64,000 nucleotides of DNA, taken from NCBI GenBank assembly GCA_965237955.1, contig OZ250169.1:3168001-3232000 (forward strand). Reading direction: 5' to 3'. Below, in pieces: positions 53,498 through 64,000 of this stretch (position 1 is the first letter of the stretch; each line of letters begins with the position of its first letter). Source of the DNA: Candidatus Marinacidobacterales bacterium (GTDB lineage: Bacteria > Acidobacteriota > Vicinamibacteria > Marinacidobacterales > SMYC01). A program made the position numbers and the translations under genes. The notes beneath the pieces were generated by a model, which had not been told where the DNA came from, ran no database searches, and worked only from the letters and a program-made list of their open reading frames with translations.

Positions 53498-55720
53498 GGT
53501 GGTATGTCTCCCCTAGACCTGCATGTACCGCGGCCAGCGGGAAGACCCACCAATCACTGACATCGGCATTTTCCAACGCTGCCTCTTCATGGACCAGCAT
53601 GGCTGTTCGTTCACCGAGGAGTCCGTAGAAACAAGCGAGCAACAAACGCGTGCGAGTATTGTCCGGGTACGCTTCGAGCCTGGGCTCGATCATCGCGATC
53701 CCTTTCCGCCACGCTCGGTGTGCCCGGTCGGTGTCTCCGAGCCGATCGTAGAGAATCCCCCCAAAGACGAGGGCATCGAGGTTCGAGTCCGCCATCGCCT
53801 TCTCGTAATGCTCGCGAGCGAGCTCGTAGTTTCCCGCGATCTGATGGGCCACGGCGACAAGGTAGTGAACTTCATGGTAGTCACCGAATAGACGAAGATA
53901 CTTGTTGCCGACGTCAATGGACTGCTCCGTTCCCCAGGTAGCGATGGTGAGCCAGACGTAGGCTTCTTCATTAACTGGATCGAGCTCGATAACACGACGA
54001 TAGAGAGGTGGCGCGCGGTCATGCAGGCCGCCGAACGTGTAGCCCCGGGCCCGCGTCAGAATCGTTTCGACGTCATCCGCCCGACCGAACCGAGCCGCCT
54101 CCCGCGCCTGAACCAGGCAAGCCTCACTGCGTCCCGCAAGAAAACTTATCATGCACAGGCCCGTTCTCGCCCTCATGAATGCCGGTTTCAACTGAAGGGC
54201 TTTTTCGAAACTCGCTCGAGCTTCTTCCAGACTCTTCCGGCCGCCCCATCCGTACAAGTAGCGATCGGTATGCACGGCACCGAGGCCTACGTGAGCCTCC
54301 GCCAGATTCGGATCCAGCTCCACGGCGCGATTGAAGTACACAAAGGCGACGTTCGTCGCTTCTTCGCCTCCCTCCTGAAAGGTGTGGGCACCTTGCATGT
54401 AGAAATCATAGGCATCGACACTCCGGGACTCGGGCATGGCGAGTACCGCTTCTTCTTGGCCCGTCAAACTTTTTTTCAGGCTCGTGGCCGCGCGCACGGC
54501 AATCTGCTGCTGCATTTGGAAGATGTCCTCGTACGGCGCTTCGAACTGCTCCGCCCAGGACAGAAGTCCACTCTCGGCGTCGACCAGCGACAGGCTAGTG
54601 AGAATCCGATCGCCGGCAAGATGGAACGTTCCCACGAGCACGGTATCCACATTCAACTCTCGCGCAATCGCCTCCGGAGCCGCGCTGCTGTGTCCGTAAC
54701 GACTGGCCGTTTCCCATGGCGTCACCCGCAGGCCTGCTTGGACCAGTCTGGTAGTGACGGCTTGGCTGATGCCTTCCGCCAGGTAGTCGCTTTCGAGCGG
54801 GTCGTCGCTGACATTCTTCAATGGCAAGACCGCCACCGACAGCGGCTCTCGGGGAACAACGCATCTGTCAGCCAGCCCACGAGGGCGAGCAAAGCCACCA
54901 TCGCGGCCGCAGCGAGCGCCCGTTTTCCCTTTTTCCCCAGGGACGGATACGTCGGCGGAACTGCGGCGTTTCGCTGTTCCACCCGAGCCAGGTCGGTTCG
55001 CACCTCATGAACGAGTTGGTAACGCTCGTCCGGGACCTTCGCCAACATCTTTCCCACAACGTGCTCGAGCAGCTCCGGAGTTTCCTTGCGGTAGCTCGAA
55101 AGCGGAGGTGGTGGCAGATTCAGGATCGCCGCCGCGGTGTCCATCGAGGTGGCTTTGGTGAAGGGATGAGTGCCGGTCACCATTTCATAGAGCACGATTC
55201 CGAAAGAGAAAATGTCCGAGCGAGGATCGACGACTTGGGCCCGCAGCTGCTCGGGCGACATGTAAGCCACCGTGCCCAACGTCATGCCTTCGCCGGTCAG
55301 CCGAGAGGCCGTCTCGAATTCGCTGTCCGTGGCTTCCGGGGAAGCCACCCGCTTGGCCAGGCCAAAGTCCATCACTTTTACGTGGCCGTCCTCGGTCAGC
55401 ATGATGTTGGAGGGTTTGAGGTCGCGATGGACGATGCCTTCCTGATGCGCGGTCTCGAGTGCTTCGGCGATCTCGGAAGCGATGCGCTCCGCCTCGGCGA
55501 TCGGCAGAGCTTCCCGAGCGAGGCGGCGCTCGAGGGTCTCGCCGCGAACATATTCCATCGCGATGAACGGCCTTCCCTCCGCTTCGCCGATCTCATAGAT
55601 CTTGCAGATGTAAGGATGGTCCAGAGCCGCCGCAGACTTCGCTTCCCGCAAGAAGCGCTTCTTGGCGGTTTCGTCGTGCTGGAGGTTCTCCGACAGGAGT
55701 TTCAGAGCGACCCGGCGGTC
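53498..55720 (-). pseudogene. Ser/Thr kinase-TolB_N-TPR protein, deleted at both ends and frameshifted near 54840
   Basis: Begins at [18 protein letters not shown] and YMSPE motifs, followed by VAVLPL and TPR repeats. Confidence 0.85.
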
Positions 55721-58383
55721 CAGGGATTGATTCGGCCCGCCTCCAAGGTGCGGCCAAGCACTTCGGTGGCAAGGTCAGTCTCGCCTAGTGCAGCATGTGT
55801 CGCCGCCAGCGAATGGAGCTGGTAGGCGTTGAAGTCCGCATCCAGTGCACGTTGCCTTTCCCTCGAGAACGCAGATGGGTCACCGAGAAGGCCATAGAAA
55901 CTGGCGAGATAAACTCGTACGCCGGTGTTGTCGGGGTAGCCTTCGAGGCTGCGTTCAGCCAGCTCGACGCCGGCCCGCCACTCGTCCTCCGCCCGACCGC
56001 GCTCCCCCGTCTGAGCGAAGAGCATACCTGAGTAAAGGAGGGGAAGTTCCAGAGTGATCGAGCCCGTAGTTGAGCCCGCCCGTCGCGCAAGCTCGGTAGC
56101 CTTGTCGTAGTGCTCCCGAGCGATCTCATGGGAGCCGGAAGCATGATAGGCGAGGGCGAGAGCGGTGTGAACCTCGAAGTCATCGCCGAATCGTTGCAGA
56201 TAGGTGTTCCCGGCTTCAATGGCTTGCTCGGGCTCACCGGCCCAAGCGGAGGCCCACGTAAGGTGGTAGTGGGCGGCCACGTTTGCGGGGTCCATAATTG
56301 TGATGCGGCGATAGAGCGGGAGAGACCGGTCTGGCAAACCTCCGAACTCGTACGCTAGCGCCTGAGCCAGGAGTGTTTCGACATCATACGCCCCGCCCGA
56401 GCGAGCCGCCTCACGTCCATGAACTAGGCATGCCTCACTCCGCCCCCTGAAGAAATTCACGTAGATGAGGCCTCTTCGGGCCCTCATGTCGGCCGGGTTC
56501 AGTTGGAGCGCCCTCTCGAAGCTCACTTCGGCTCGCTCGAGGTTCTCGAGGCCACCTTCCCAACCGTAGTTGTAGCGCGTCGAGTACACGGCGCCGAGGC
56601 CCACGTGGGCTACCGCCAGGCTTGGGTCGAGCTCGAGGGCTCGTGTGAAGTACTGGAAGGCAACGTCCGTTGCCTCCTGACCGCCCTCTTCCATAGTGTG
56701 GGCCGCTTGCAAGTAGAAGTCATAGGCGTCGACGCTCCGGGATTCGGGCGTAACGAGTGTCTGTTCTTCCTCGCCGGTCAGCACTTCTTTCAGGCTCGCC
56801 GCCACGCCGGTGGCGATCCGGCGCTGCATCCGAAAAAGGTCATCATGGGGTTCCGCGATGATGTCCGCCCAAGACTGAAACCCACTCTCGGCGTCCACCA
56901 AAGACAGATTGGTGAGAATCTGATCCCCGGCGATTTGGAAAGTTCCGACGAGCACGGCGTCCACGTTCAGCTCCCGAGCGATGGTGTCCGCGCCGTAGTT
57001 GCTGTCCCGGTAACGCCGGGATGTCTCCCATGGGGTCACGCGCAGGCCGACTTGGGTCAGCTTGGTGCTGACGGCTTGGCTGATACCATCCGCGAGGTAG
57101 TCGCTCTCCAGCGGCTCGTCGCTGATATTGGTCAGAGGCAAGACGGCAACCGAAGGAGGTCCTTCGGTGGATGGTCCGAAGGGACGATCCGGCCAAAACG
57201 CCAGCGCTGCTACGAGAGCGGCCACCGCAAAAGCTGCCAAACCGATCCGCCCTTGCTTTTTTCCCAAAGCTGGCAGGCGTGGAGCGGAAGAGTGTTTCTC
57301 GATCGGCCGAGGCCGCACGTCGACACGACCTAGATCCGTCCGCAGTTCATGAACGAGCTGGTATCGCTCTCCTGGCTCCTTAGCGAGCATCTTCGAGATG
57401 ATGTGCTCGAGGATCTCCGGAACGTCCGGTCGGTACCGGGACATCGGAGGCACGGGCAGGTTCAAGATGGAAGCTGCGGTGTCCATGCTGGCGGACTTGC
57501 TGAAAGGATGCTCGCCGCAGAGCATCTCATAGAGCAAGATGCCGAACGAGAAAACGTCAGAGCGAGCATCGACAGGATAACCCCGTAGCTGCTCGGGGGA
57601 CATGTAGGCGAGCGTTCCCAGGGTCATGCCTTCCCCGGTCAGCCGAGACGCGGTTTCGAATTGACTGTCCACGGATGCCGGCGTCGCCACTCGTTTGGCC
57701 AAACCGGAATCCAGCACCTTTACATGACCGCCGACCGTGAGCATGATGTTGGGGGGTTTCAAGTCTCGATGAACGATGTGTTCCCGATGAGCCGTGTCGA
57801 GAGCCTCGGCGATCTCGGAGGCGATGCGATGCGCGTCGGCGAGCGGCAAAGCCTCCCGCTTCAAGCGGTCGGCGAGCGTCTCACCGCCGATATACTCCAT
57901 GGCGATAAAGGACTTCCCGTCCACTTCGCCGATTTCGTAGATCTTGCAGATGTAGGGGTGGTCCAACGCGGCGGCCGACTTCGCTTCCCGCAGGAAGCGT
58001 TTCTTCGCGGTTTCGTCCTTTTCCAACTCCTCGGTGAGAAGTTTCAGCGCCACGCGACGGTCGAGGGTTTGGTCCCGGGCAAGAAAGACCTCTCCCATAC
58101 CCCCTCTGCCGAGCTTTTCCTGAATTTCGTAATGAGAAAGGGTCTTGCCGATAAGCTCCGCGGAGCCCGCCCTCTTGAGCGAGACCTCCTCGGGGGCATC
58201 GAACTTCGCCGAGGGGGGCTCCTCGAGAAACCCTTCCGCCTCGTGGGTCAGAAGGGAGTCCACCTCCTTGCGGATTTCGGGATCGGGGCAGGCTTGGTCC
58301 AGGAAATGCGCTCTCTCTGAAGGATCACGATCCAGCGCAGCGTCGACAATCTTCTTGATCTGTTGCCAGCGAGGGGAGCTCAC
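55702..58383 (-). CDS. Ser/Thr kinase-TM-TolB_N-TPR protein (DSG in place of DFG; C-terminus probably truncated)
   Basis: GRGGMG, VALK, HRDLKPPN, YMSPE, SVAVLPL and TPR repeats. Confidence 0.85.
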   Translation of the reverse strand: MSSPRWQQIKKIVDAALDRDPSERAHFLDQACPDPEIRKEVDSLLTHEAEGFLEEPPSAKFDAPEEVSLKRAGSAELIGKTLSHYEIQEKLGRGGMGEVFLARDQTLDRRVALKLLTEELEKDETAKKRFLREAKSAAALDHPYICKIYEIGEVDGKSFIAMEYIGGETLADRLKREALPLADAHRIASEIAEALDTAHREHIVHRDLKPPNIMLTVGGHVKVLDSGLAKRVATPASVDSQFETASRLTGEGMTLGTLAYMSPEQLRGYPVDARSDVFSFGILLYEMLCGEHPFSKSASMDTAASILNLPVPPMSRYRPDVPEILEHIISKMLAKEPGERYQLVHELRTDLGRVDVRPRPIEKHSSAPRLPALGKKQGRIGLAAFAVAALVAALAFWPDRPFGPSTEGPPSVAVLPLTNISDEPLESDYLADGISQAVSTKLTQVGLRVTPWETSRRYRDSNYGADTIARELNVDAVLVGTFQIAGDQILTNLSLVDAESGFQSWADIIAEPHDDLFRMQRRIATGVAASLKEVLTGEEEQTLVTPESRSVDAYDFYLQAAHTMEEGGQEATDVAFQYFTRALELDPSLAVAHVGLGAVYSTRYNYGWEGGLENLERAEVSFERALQLNPADMRARRGLIYVNFFRGRSEACLVHGREAARSGGAYDVETLLAQALAYEFGGLPDRSLPLYRRITIMDPANVAAHYHLTWASAWAGEPEQAIEAGNTYLQRFGDDFEVHTALALAYHASGSHEIAREHYDKATELARRAGSTTGSITLELPLLYSGMLFAQTGERGRAEDEWRAGVELAERSLEGYPDNTGVRVYLASFYGLLGDPSAFSRERQRALDADFNAYQLHSLAATHAALGETDLATEVLGRTLEAGRINPWTAGSL

Positions 58384-58957
58384 GGCGACGCGGCGCCTTC
58401 TAGCGCACGGCGAAGCCAGAGCTTGGCGACTCTCCAGTCGCGCTTGACCGTCGCCGGGGACACGCTGAGGACCTCGGCAGTTTCTTCCATATTCAAACCG
58501 CCGAAGTACCTGAGCTCCACAATGCGGGACTGCCGGGAGTCGACCTCCTCCAACTTGCTGAGTGCTTCATGAAGGGCGACGACGTCGACATCCAGAGGCT
58601 CGACGGGGGTATCGGCCTCATCGAGAGTGACCCGCGTCGGCATGCCACCACGCTTCACCGCCCGGCGCTTGCGCGCGTGCTCGACGAGGATGCGTCTCAT
58701 GAGCTGGGATGCGACGGCAAAAAAATGCGCCCGATTCTGCCAGCCGACCTGACGCGTCCCGAAGAGCCGGAGAAACGCCTCGTGGGTGAGGGCGGTCGGC
58801 TGGAGGGAGTGATCCGGTCTCTCGCCGCGGAGCTGCTGGCGCGCCAGATTGCGGAGCTCCGCATAAACGATAGGGATGAGCTCGTCGAGAGCCTCGGGGC
58901 TCCCGTTCTTCCACGCAACCAGGAGCCGGTGACATCTCCCTGTCTCGAAGTTTCCAT
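58380..58957 (-). pseudogene. ECF sigma factor (TIGR02999 type), frameshifted near 58925
   Basis: LQPTAL.HEA.LRL, RAHFFAVA...MRRILV, KRGG and TVKRDW. Overlaps the kinase start. Confidence 0.85.
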
Positions 58958-59207
58958 ACGCCTACCGGGAACGCCATTGTTTCTACCACCGTGGGGGTCT
59001 GTCAAACAACCAAGCACCCCAAGTCCGAGGTAGCCGTGACCCGGTTTCGCGCCATTCTACGCCTATTCATATAAGGAAGGCCTGAGGAGAGCTTAGTGAA
59101 TGACCAATGGTTCGGGCAACTTGTTGAAAACTCCGCCGATCGAGCGTACACTCCTCGTCACGACGGAAAAGTCGCACAATCGCCCTCAGGCCTGAGGGAG
59201 GCGCAAC

Positions 59208-60227
59208 ATGGACATCCGACGGGTTCTGCCCTTTCTTTTTGTTTTGCTTATCCTTCTGCCCCCGGCGAGCGCCCTGGCTCAGGCGGCCTGGGGACCGAGC
59301 CAAGGAGAAGCCTTCTTCTCCATTAGCTACCAGTGGCTCGACGCGAAGCGCCATGCGCTCGACAACTCCGGACTGAGCCCCTTTGAAGATTGGCTCGGCC
59401 AGTATTTCGACTCTAACGAGATAGAGGATTTCGGAAGGCTGTCGGCGTTGTCCATGGTTCTGGACGCCGAGGTCGGCGTCACCGACCGACTCACGCTGAC
59501 GGGAGGACTCGCTTTCACCACGGCGAGATACCTTGGGGACGTTCCGGAAACCCCGACGGACGCCGACGGTCAGTTCCATGGAGCGGTTCAGGACGCGCGC
59601 ATCGCTGCACGGTATGCGGCCGTCAACGACGGAACCTGGTCGGTCACGCCGTTCGCGGCGTTTGTCTTTCCGGCCACGGACTACGCCGTTTTCGGTCAAA
59701 CTGCCCCCGGTTTGGGGTTGAACGAACTCCAGGTGGGAGCGGCCGTCGGGCGGCTCCTGGACATCCGTGGTTCTCCGAGAGCCTGGTTCCAAGGGGCGTA
59801 CTACTATGCCTTCATGGAGAATGTGAGCGAGGCAATCAACGTCGATCGCAGCAACTTGATCCTGGATCTCGGGTATTTCGTAAACGAGCGGCTCAGCGTG
59901 AATCTCCTGACAAAACTGGCAAAAGGTTCATGGCGGTATTGAGTGGAAAATGTTAGCCACCCCACTCTCAGCGTCGTGGATTTGGTTCGGTCCCCGCATT
60001 TGGACGACTCATTTCACGCCCACGACCGGGCAGCGGCAACCCATGAATGGCGATGGGGCGGAGGGGTTTCCTTTCAAGTAAGCGAGACGGTCGAAGTGTA
60101 TGGGTCGATCAACAGCTTCCTGTGGGGTGTGAATACCCATAACGCCAGGACATTCAATTTTGGTGTGAACGTTTCAGCCCAGTTGTGGGGTGGCGGTGGA
60201 CTCGGCATGTGGGCAAAGCGACAATGA
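59208..60227 (+). pseudogene. Putative outer-membrane beta-barrel protein, split near 59920-59945
   Basis: GGGAGG RBS, signal peptide and beta-strand pattern across two consecutive ORFs. Confidence 0.55.
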
Positions 60228-60354
60228 CCCGGACGCGGACATGGACGACTGGTTGTTGGAAGATTTCGAAGTCGAGGGGGATGAGAATGAGGACAAAGAC
60301 CAAGAAAAGCAGGACGGGACGTCGCCCTAGGCGGTATCTAGGAAGGGGGCTGGT

Positions 60355-60867
60355 ATGAAAAAACTTCTTCTACTGTTCGTTATCTTGGGAGGGCTCGTCG
60401 TCGTGAGTGACACTTTGCTCCACGCCTGCGGCTCCAAGTTCCTCGTCAGTAGCCGAGGTGCGCGCTATCAACGCGTCCTCGCAAGCATCAAACCAACCAA
60501 CATACTCTTCTACTGGCAACAGGATGAAAAGACGAAAGAGGAAGATCGGTGGAATCCCGATGCCGAGAAAATGTTGGAGGATATTGGCCACACCGTTGAC
60601 GTGACCTTCGACGCCGATGCCTTCTTGGGCGCCGCGAAAAATGGCGACTTCGACGTCCTGGCCATCCCGCTCGACGAAGCCAGAAAGCTCCACACCGAAA
60701 TGGCGTCCTTGTCTCCGGATTCCGCCGTGCTGCCGATCCTCTACTTTCCCACGCGAAGCGAGTACTCGCAGGCGCGACGAGAGTTCGACGTCGTGATGAA
60801 GCTTCCGACAACGACGCCCAAGTTTCTCGCGGCCCTCGAGAAGGCGCGAAGGACGGTTAGCCCTTAG
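60355..60867 (+). CDS. Secreted hypothetical protein (ACGxKF motif, receiver-like fold possible)
   Basis: 170-aa ORF with a signal peptide. Confidence 0.6.
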   Translation: MKKLLLLFVILGGLVVVSDTLLHACGSKFLVSSRGARYQRVLASIKPTNILFYWQQDEKTKEEDRWNPDAEKMLEDIGHTVDVTFDADAFLGAAKNGDFDVLAIPLDEARKLHTEMASLSPDSAVLPILYFPTRSEYSQARREFDVVMKLPTTTPKFLAALEKARRTVSP

Positions 60868-60889
60868 GTCGCGTCAACGAAGGTCGACC

Positions 60890-62143
60890 GTGTCCGGAGT
60901 CAATCGAAAATGGCTCGCTCCCACTCTGGTGAGTGTAGGACTCCTGGCAAGTGAAGGCTGTGACCGATTCCCCGCTACCGCGGATGCGAACGGCGGGCAG
61001 TGGTACCACGCGAGCCTCGCAATCAAGGAGGGTGACGAATTCCCCTTTTTCCTTCGGCTGCCTGACGATTGCGAGAGCCAAGCCGCAACCATCCTCAATG
61101 GCGAGGAGCGAGTCAGCGCCGGGTGCCGCCGCAGCCCAGTCGGCTTCGTGGTCGACTTCCCCGTTTACGGAACGCAGATCGAGGCCTGGTTCAAGCCGGA
61201 TGGGACGTTGACCGGACACTGGTGCCGAGAACAGCCTCCCGGGAGGGAGCCGATCTTGTCCCTTACGGCCCAGCCGGTAGCCGGACCGGATCCGAGCACT
61301 CGCTTCCCCGCCGAGCCCGCGGAGGCAGAAACCGAATTACCGCACGCGGAAGTAGCAGGTAGCTGGCGCATGGAGTTCGATTCGTACGGCGTTGCCAAGG
61401 GCGTCTTCGTGCAGAAATCCTCAGGCGTTGTGACCGGATCCGTCGAGATCCCTTCCGAGTATGGAGACCTGCGTTTCCTTGCCGGCAACGTGCGGGGAAC
61501 GCGCGTGTGGCTGTCGACGTTCGATGGCCAGAATGCGTTCATGCTCGAAGGCGAGATAAAGCCCGATGGGACGATGGAGGGGGAGAGGGTCGATCAAAAT
61601 TCACGGGATTCTTTCGTCGCCGAACGTGATGACGATTTCGAAATACCCGATCCGCTCGATCGCGTCGCGTTCACGCCCGATGAACAACGGCTCGAGCTCG
61701 ATCCTCTCCGTGACTCGAAGTTCGACGGCAAGGGCGTGATCGTGCAGCTCTTCGGCACGTGGTGTCCCAACTGCAACGACCACGCTCCGGCGCTCGTGGA
61801 GCTCTATCGAAACTACCGCGGCCAGGGCCTCGAGATCCTGGGGCTCGCGTACGAGTACGGAAACGACTTGGAGTACAAGCAGCGCCGTGTTCGGGAGTTC
61901 AAGAAAAAGCATGGAGTCGAGTGGGATATCGTCATCACCGACTCGACGCTCGAAGAGCTCGCGTTCGAAGGACTCGCCGGGCTTGCCCCCATCGAAGGGG
62001 TCCCGGTCACGATCTTCTTGAACCGCGATCGCACGGTGCACGCCATCTACAGCGGCTTCTCCGGCCCCGCAACCGGGGAGACCCACCGAGAAGCGAAAGC
62101 TCAGCTCGAGAAGCTGACGGCCCAGATCCTCGGCGAGCTCTGA
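60890..62143 (+). CDS. TlpA/redoxin-domain lipoprotein
   Basis: GDLRFLAG, WCPNC and GVP.TIF motifs. Confidence 0.85.
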   Translation: MSGVNRKWLAPTLVSVGLLASEGCDRFPATADANGGQWYHASLAIKEGDEFPFFLRLPDDCESQAATILNGEERVSAGCRRSPVGFVVDFPVYGTQIEAWFKPDGTLTGHWCREQPPGREPILSLTAQPVAGPDPSTRFPAEPAEAETELPHAEVAGSWRMEFDSYGVAKGVFVQKSSGVVTGSVEIPSEYGDLRFLAGNVRGTRVWLSTFDGQNAFMLEGEIKPDGTMEGERVDQNSRDSFVAERDDDFEIPDPLDRVAFTPDEQRLELDPLRDSKFDGKGVIVQLFGTWCPNCNDHAPALVELYRNYRGQGLEILGLAYEYGNDLEYKQRRVREFKKKHGVEWDIVITDSTLEELAFEGLAGLAPIEGVPVTIFLNRDRTVHAIYSGFSGPATGETHREAKAQLEKLTAQILGEL

Positions 62144-62409
62144 TTTCGCGCTTCTTCATTACGTTGAGGACTCTCTGTCCAATCACCACGTGATATGGTT
62201 CCGTACCATGCACGCTTCTAACCGTTTCGGCGCCGCCGCAGTCGCTCTCATAATGTTCGGATGCGAAGCTCCGAATCGATCGGACAACGCCTACGACGAC
62301 GCACTGCTCCTCAGCATGGCCGCCCTCGGTGAGAACGAAGACGGCTCACCCAAGCCGCTTCCCGGGCGCGTCGGAGTCCTCACCTATGACCGAGCGGAGT
62401 GGGGCTGAC

Positions 62410-63096
62410 GCTTCGTGGCAACCCGTTCCCTACGTCGATACCCATAAGGCTGAGCTCCTTTTTCGCCACAAGCTCCTCAGACTCCTCCGCAACAAAGACC
62501 TCATCACACAAGAGCGCATCGACTTACTCCTGTCATGGAAAAATTCAGGTTTCGGTGTTCACAATCACACGACGGTCTATCCCAATGACACCGAGGGGCT
62601 GCACAAGCTTGCTTGTTATCTCATGCGAGCCCCGGTGAATCTCTCCCGACTGCGCTACCACCCCGAATCCGAGCTCATCCTCTATGAATCCAAATCAGCA
62701 CACGACGCCAACGACCCCGAGCTCGTGGACCCGCTCGAGTTCTTGGCTCGAGTACTCATTCACGTCCCCGAGCCCAATAAACATCTCGTTCGATTCTACG
62801 GCGCTTACGCCAATCGCGTTCGTTCAGAAAAAATCGCTCGCAGTGACTCCGTGAAACAGGAGGAGAAAAAAGAGGACGATGTTCTCCCGCGAAGACGTGC
62901 TCTGAGTAAGCGATGGGCCGAGCTCATCTACCGTATCTACGAGGTCGACCCTTTGACCTGTCGTCGATGCGGAGAACAGATGAAAATCATCGCCTTCATT
63001 TCCGAGCCTTCTGTCATCCGACGCATCTTGGATCATCTCGAGCGCAAAGCTCGACCGAGAGCTCCTCCCGAGCCCTCCGAGATCGCCGTCCACTAA
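62410..63096 (+). pseudogene. IS91-family (Y2) transposase, C-terminal remnant truncating a lipoprotein gene (62190-62408)
   Basis: SGF.VH, LA.Y..R.P, HLVRFYGAYAN, CRRC and ILDHL..RAPP. Confidence 0.75.
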
Positions 63097-63380
63097 TCGC
63101 CCTACTCGAATGGACACTCCTCGTGTGTCTCGAACCCACGAAACACACTTGACCAACTTCGCACCGGCGGCGGCGGAGCGTGATTTCCCGTGGAGATGCT
63201 CACCGAAGGGTCTAATATCCATATCGTAGGAGAAACTCCCGCCCAGCTCGCAACCCGACGAGATACAAATGTCTATTAGTATTAGTTCTGGAGGGACGCC
63301 CGCGCGATGGTGCGGCACTACAAGAAGCTCGGCACCCACGTCATCAAGCAATACATGCAGCCGTGCTGCTCACACAGACA

Positions 63381-64000
63381 TCATGCAGATTTCCGAGCAG
63401 GTTTTCGACGAGCCCCTGGCCTGGCGACACTCCGGACAGCAGGGCCAGCGCGAGACGGTTCGCAGCGATGGCAACTCGCTGCTCGATTTGCCGCGCTCCT
63501 GACCCGCTGCGCCGTCTTGCGTTGCCCGGAGAGCCGATCCGGCACATTCTCCTCTCGGCTGAAGTACACCTCGTCCGGCGTGCGAGCTCCGAGAACGGCG
63601 CGCGGGATCTTCTCGTTGTGCTCACGGACGTAGAACGCGACGAGACGCCGCACCGCCGCCGCACTGTCGAGGGTGTTCAGGAAGAGCCACGCGTGCTTCA
63701 ATTGTCGCCAGAACGCCTCGATCAAGGAGTTCGAGGAGATGATGTCGATCTGCGCGAGCACACGATGCAGAGAACTTGAATCCCGGAGCAGCTGGTCGAC
63801 CTCGCCAAAGTTCTCCGAACCGCCGTCGGTGACGACAACTACGTTCGCGGTCGCTGAGTCGTCCGGAAGGCCCTTTGACGCCTCGATGAGGAGCTCCCGG
63901 GTGGTGGCCGAGCTCAGCGTGTCGCTCACCCGCCAGGCAAGAATCCTTCGGCTGAAATTATCGATGACCGCCTGCAGATAGATTCGGATGCCGGTCGTCA
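63381..64000 (-). CDS. rve/DDE transposase, C-terminal part (start beyond the window)
   Basis: AVIDNFSRRILAW, TDGGSEN, SNSLIE and TPDEVY. Confidence 0.75.
   Translation of the reverse strand, partial: TTGIRIYLQAVIDNFSRRILAWRVSDTLSSATTRELLIEASKGLPDDSATANVVVVTDGGSENFGEVDQLLRDSSSLHRVLAQIDIISSNSLIEAFWRQLKHAWLFLNTLDSAAAVRRLVAFYVREHNEKIPRAVLGARTPDEVYFSREENVPDRLSGQRKTAQRVRSAANRAASCHRCEPSRAGPAVRSVARPGARRKPARKSA

Noticed and set aside
63040-63096. RAPP arrest peptide in the IS91 remnant
   Set aside because: An RAPP/RGPP-like tail is common in IS91-type transposases, and no regulated downstream gene is evident.

Overview
A 64-kb, GC-rich bacterial window. The gene content (VPS10/BNR protein, TIGR02999-type ECF sigma factor with TPR kinases, TonB receptors with a carboxypeptidase-like N-terminus) suggests Acidobacteriota; this is inference. 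The window is saturated with insertion sequences: IS5/IS903-type, IS256, IS1-type, two IS110 lineages, ISAzo13, IS3, IS21, IS91-type, unclassified rve-integrase elements and several MITEs. Many host genes are broken by frameshifts or internal deletions. The main signal is two unrelated IS110-family elements (one IS110-group, one IS1111-group) whose non-coding ends carry readable bridge-RNA target and donor guides. Both are programmed against adjacent dinucleotides in the terminal inverted repeat of one IS1-family element. Occupied versus empty copies of that repeat are explained by guide mismatches. Also present: a CxxC...RAPP (DUF2946/CruR-like) leader before a TonB receptor, a four-level nested IS stack, rve elements with ~104-bp inverted repeats, a duplicated orphan Nu1-like HTH cassette and a decayed HEPN/GIY-YIG cluster. 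All calls come from reading the sequence by eye; no searches or RNA folding were run.
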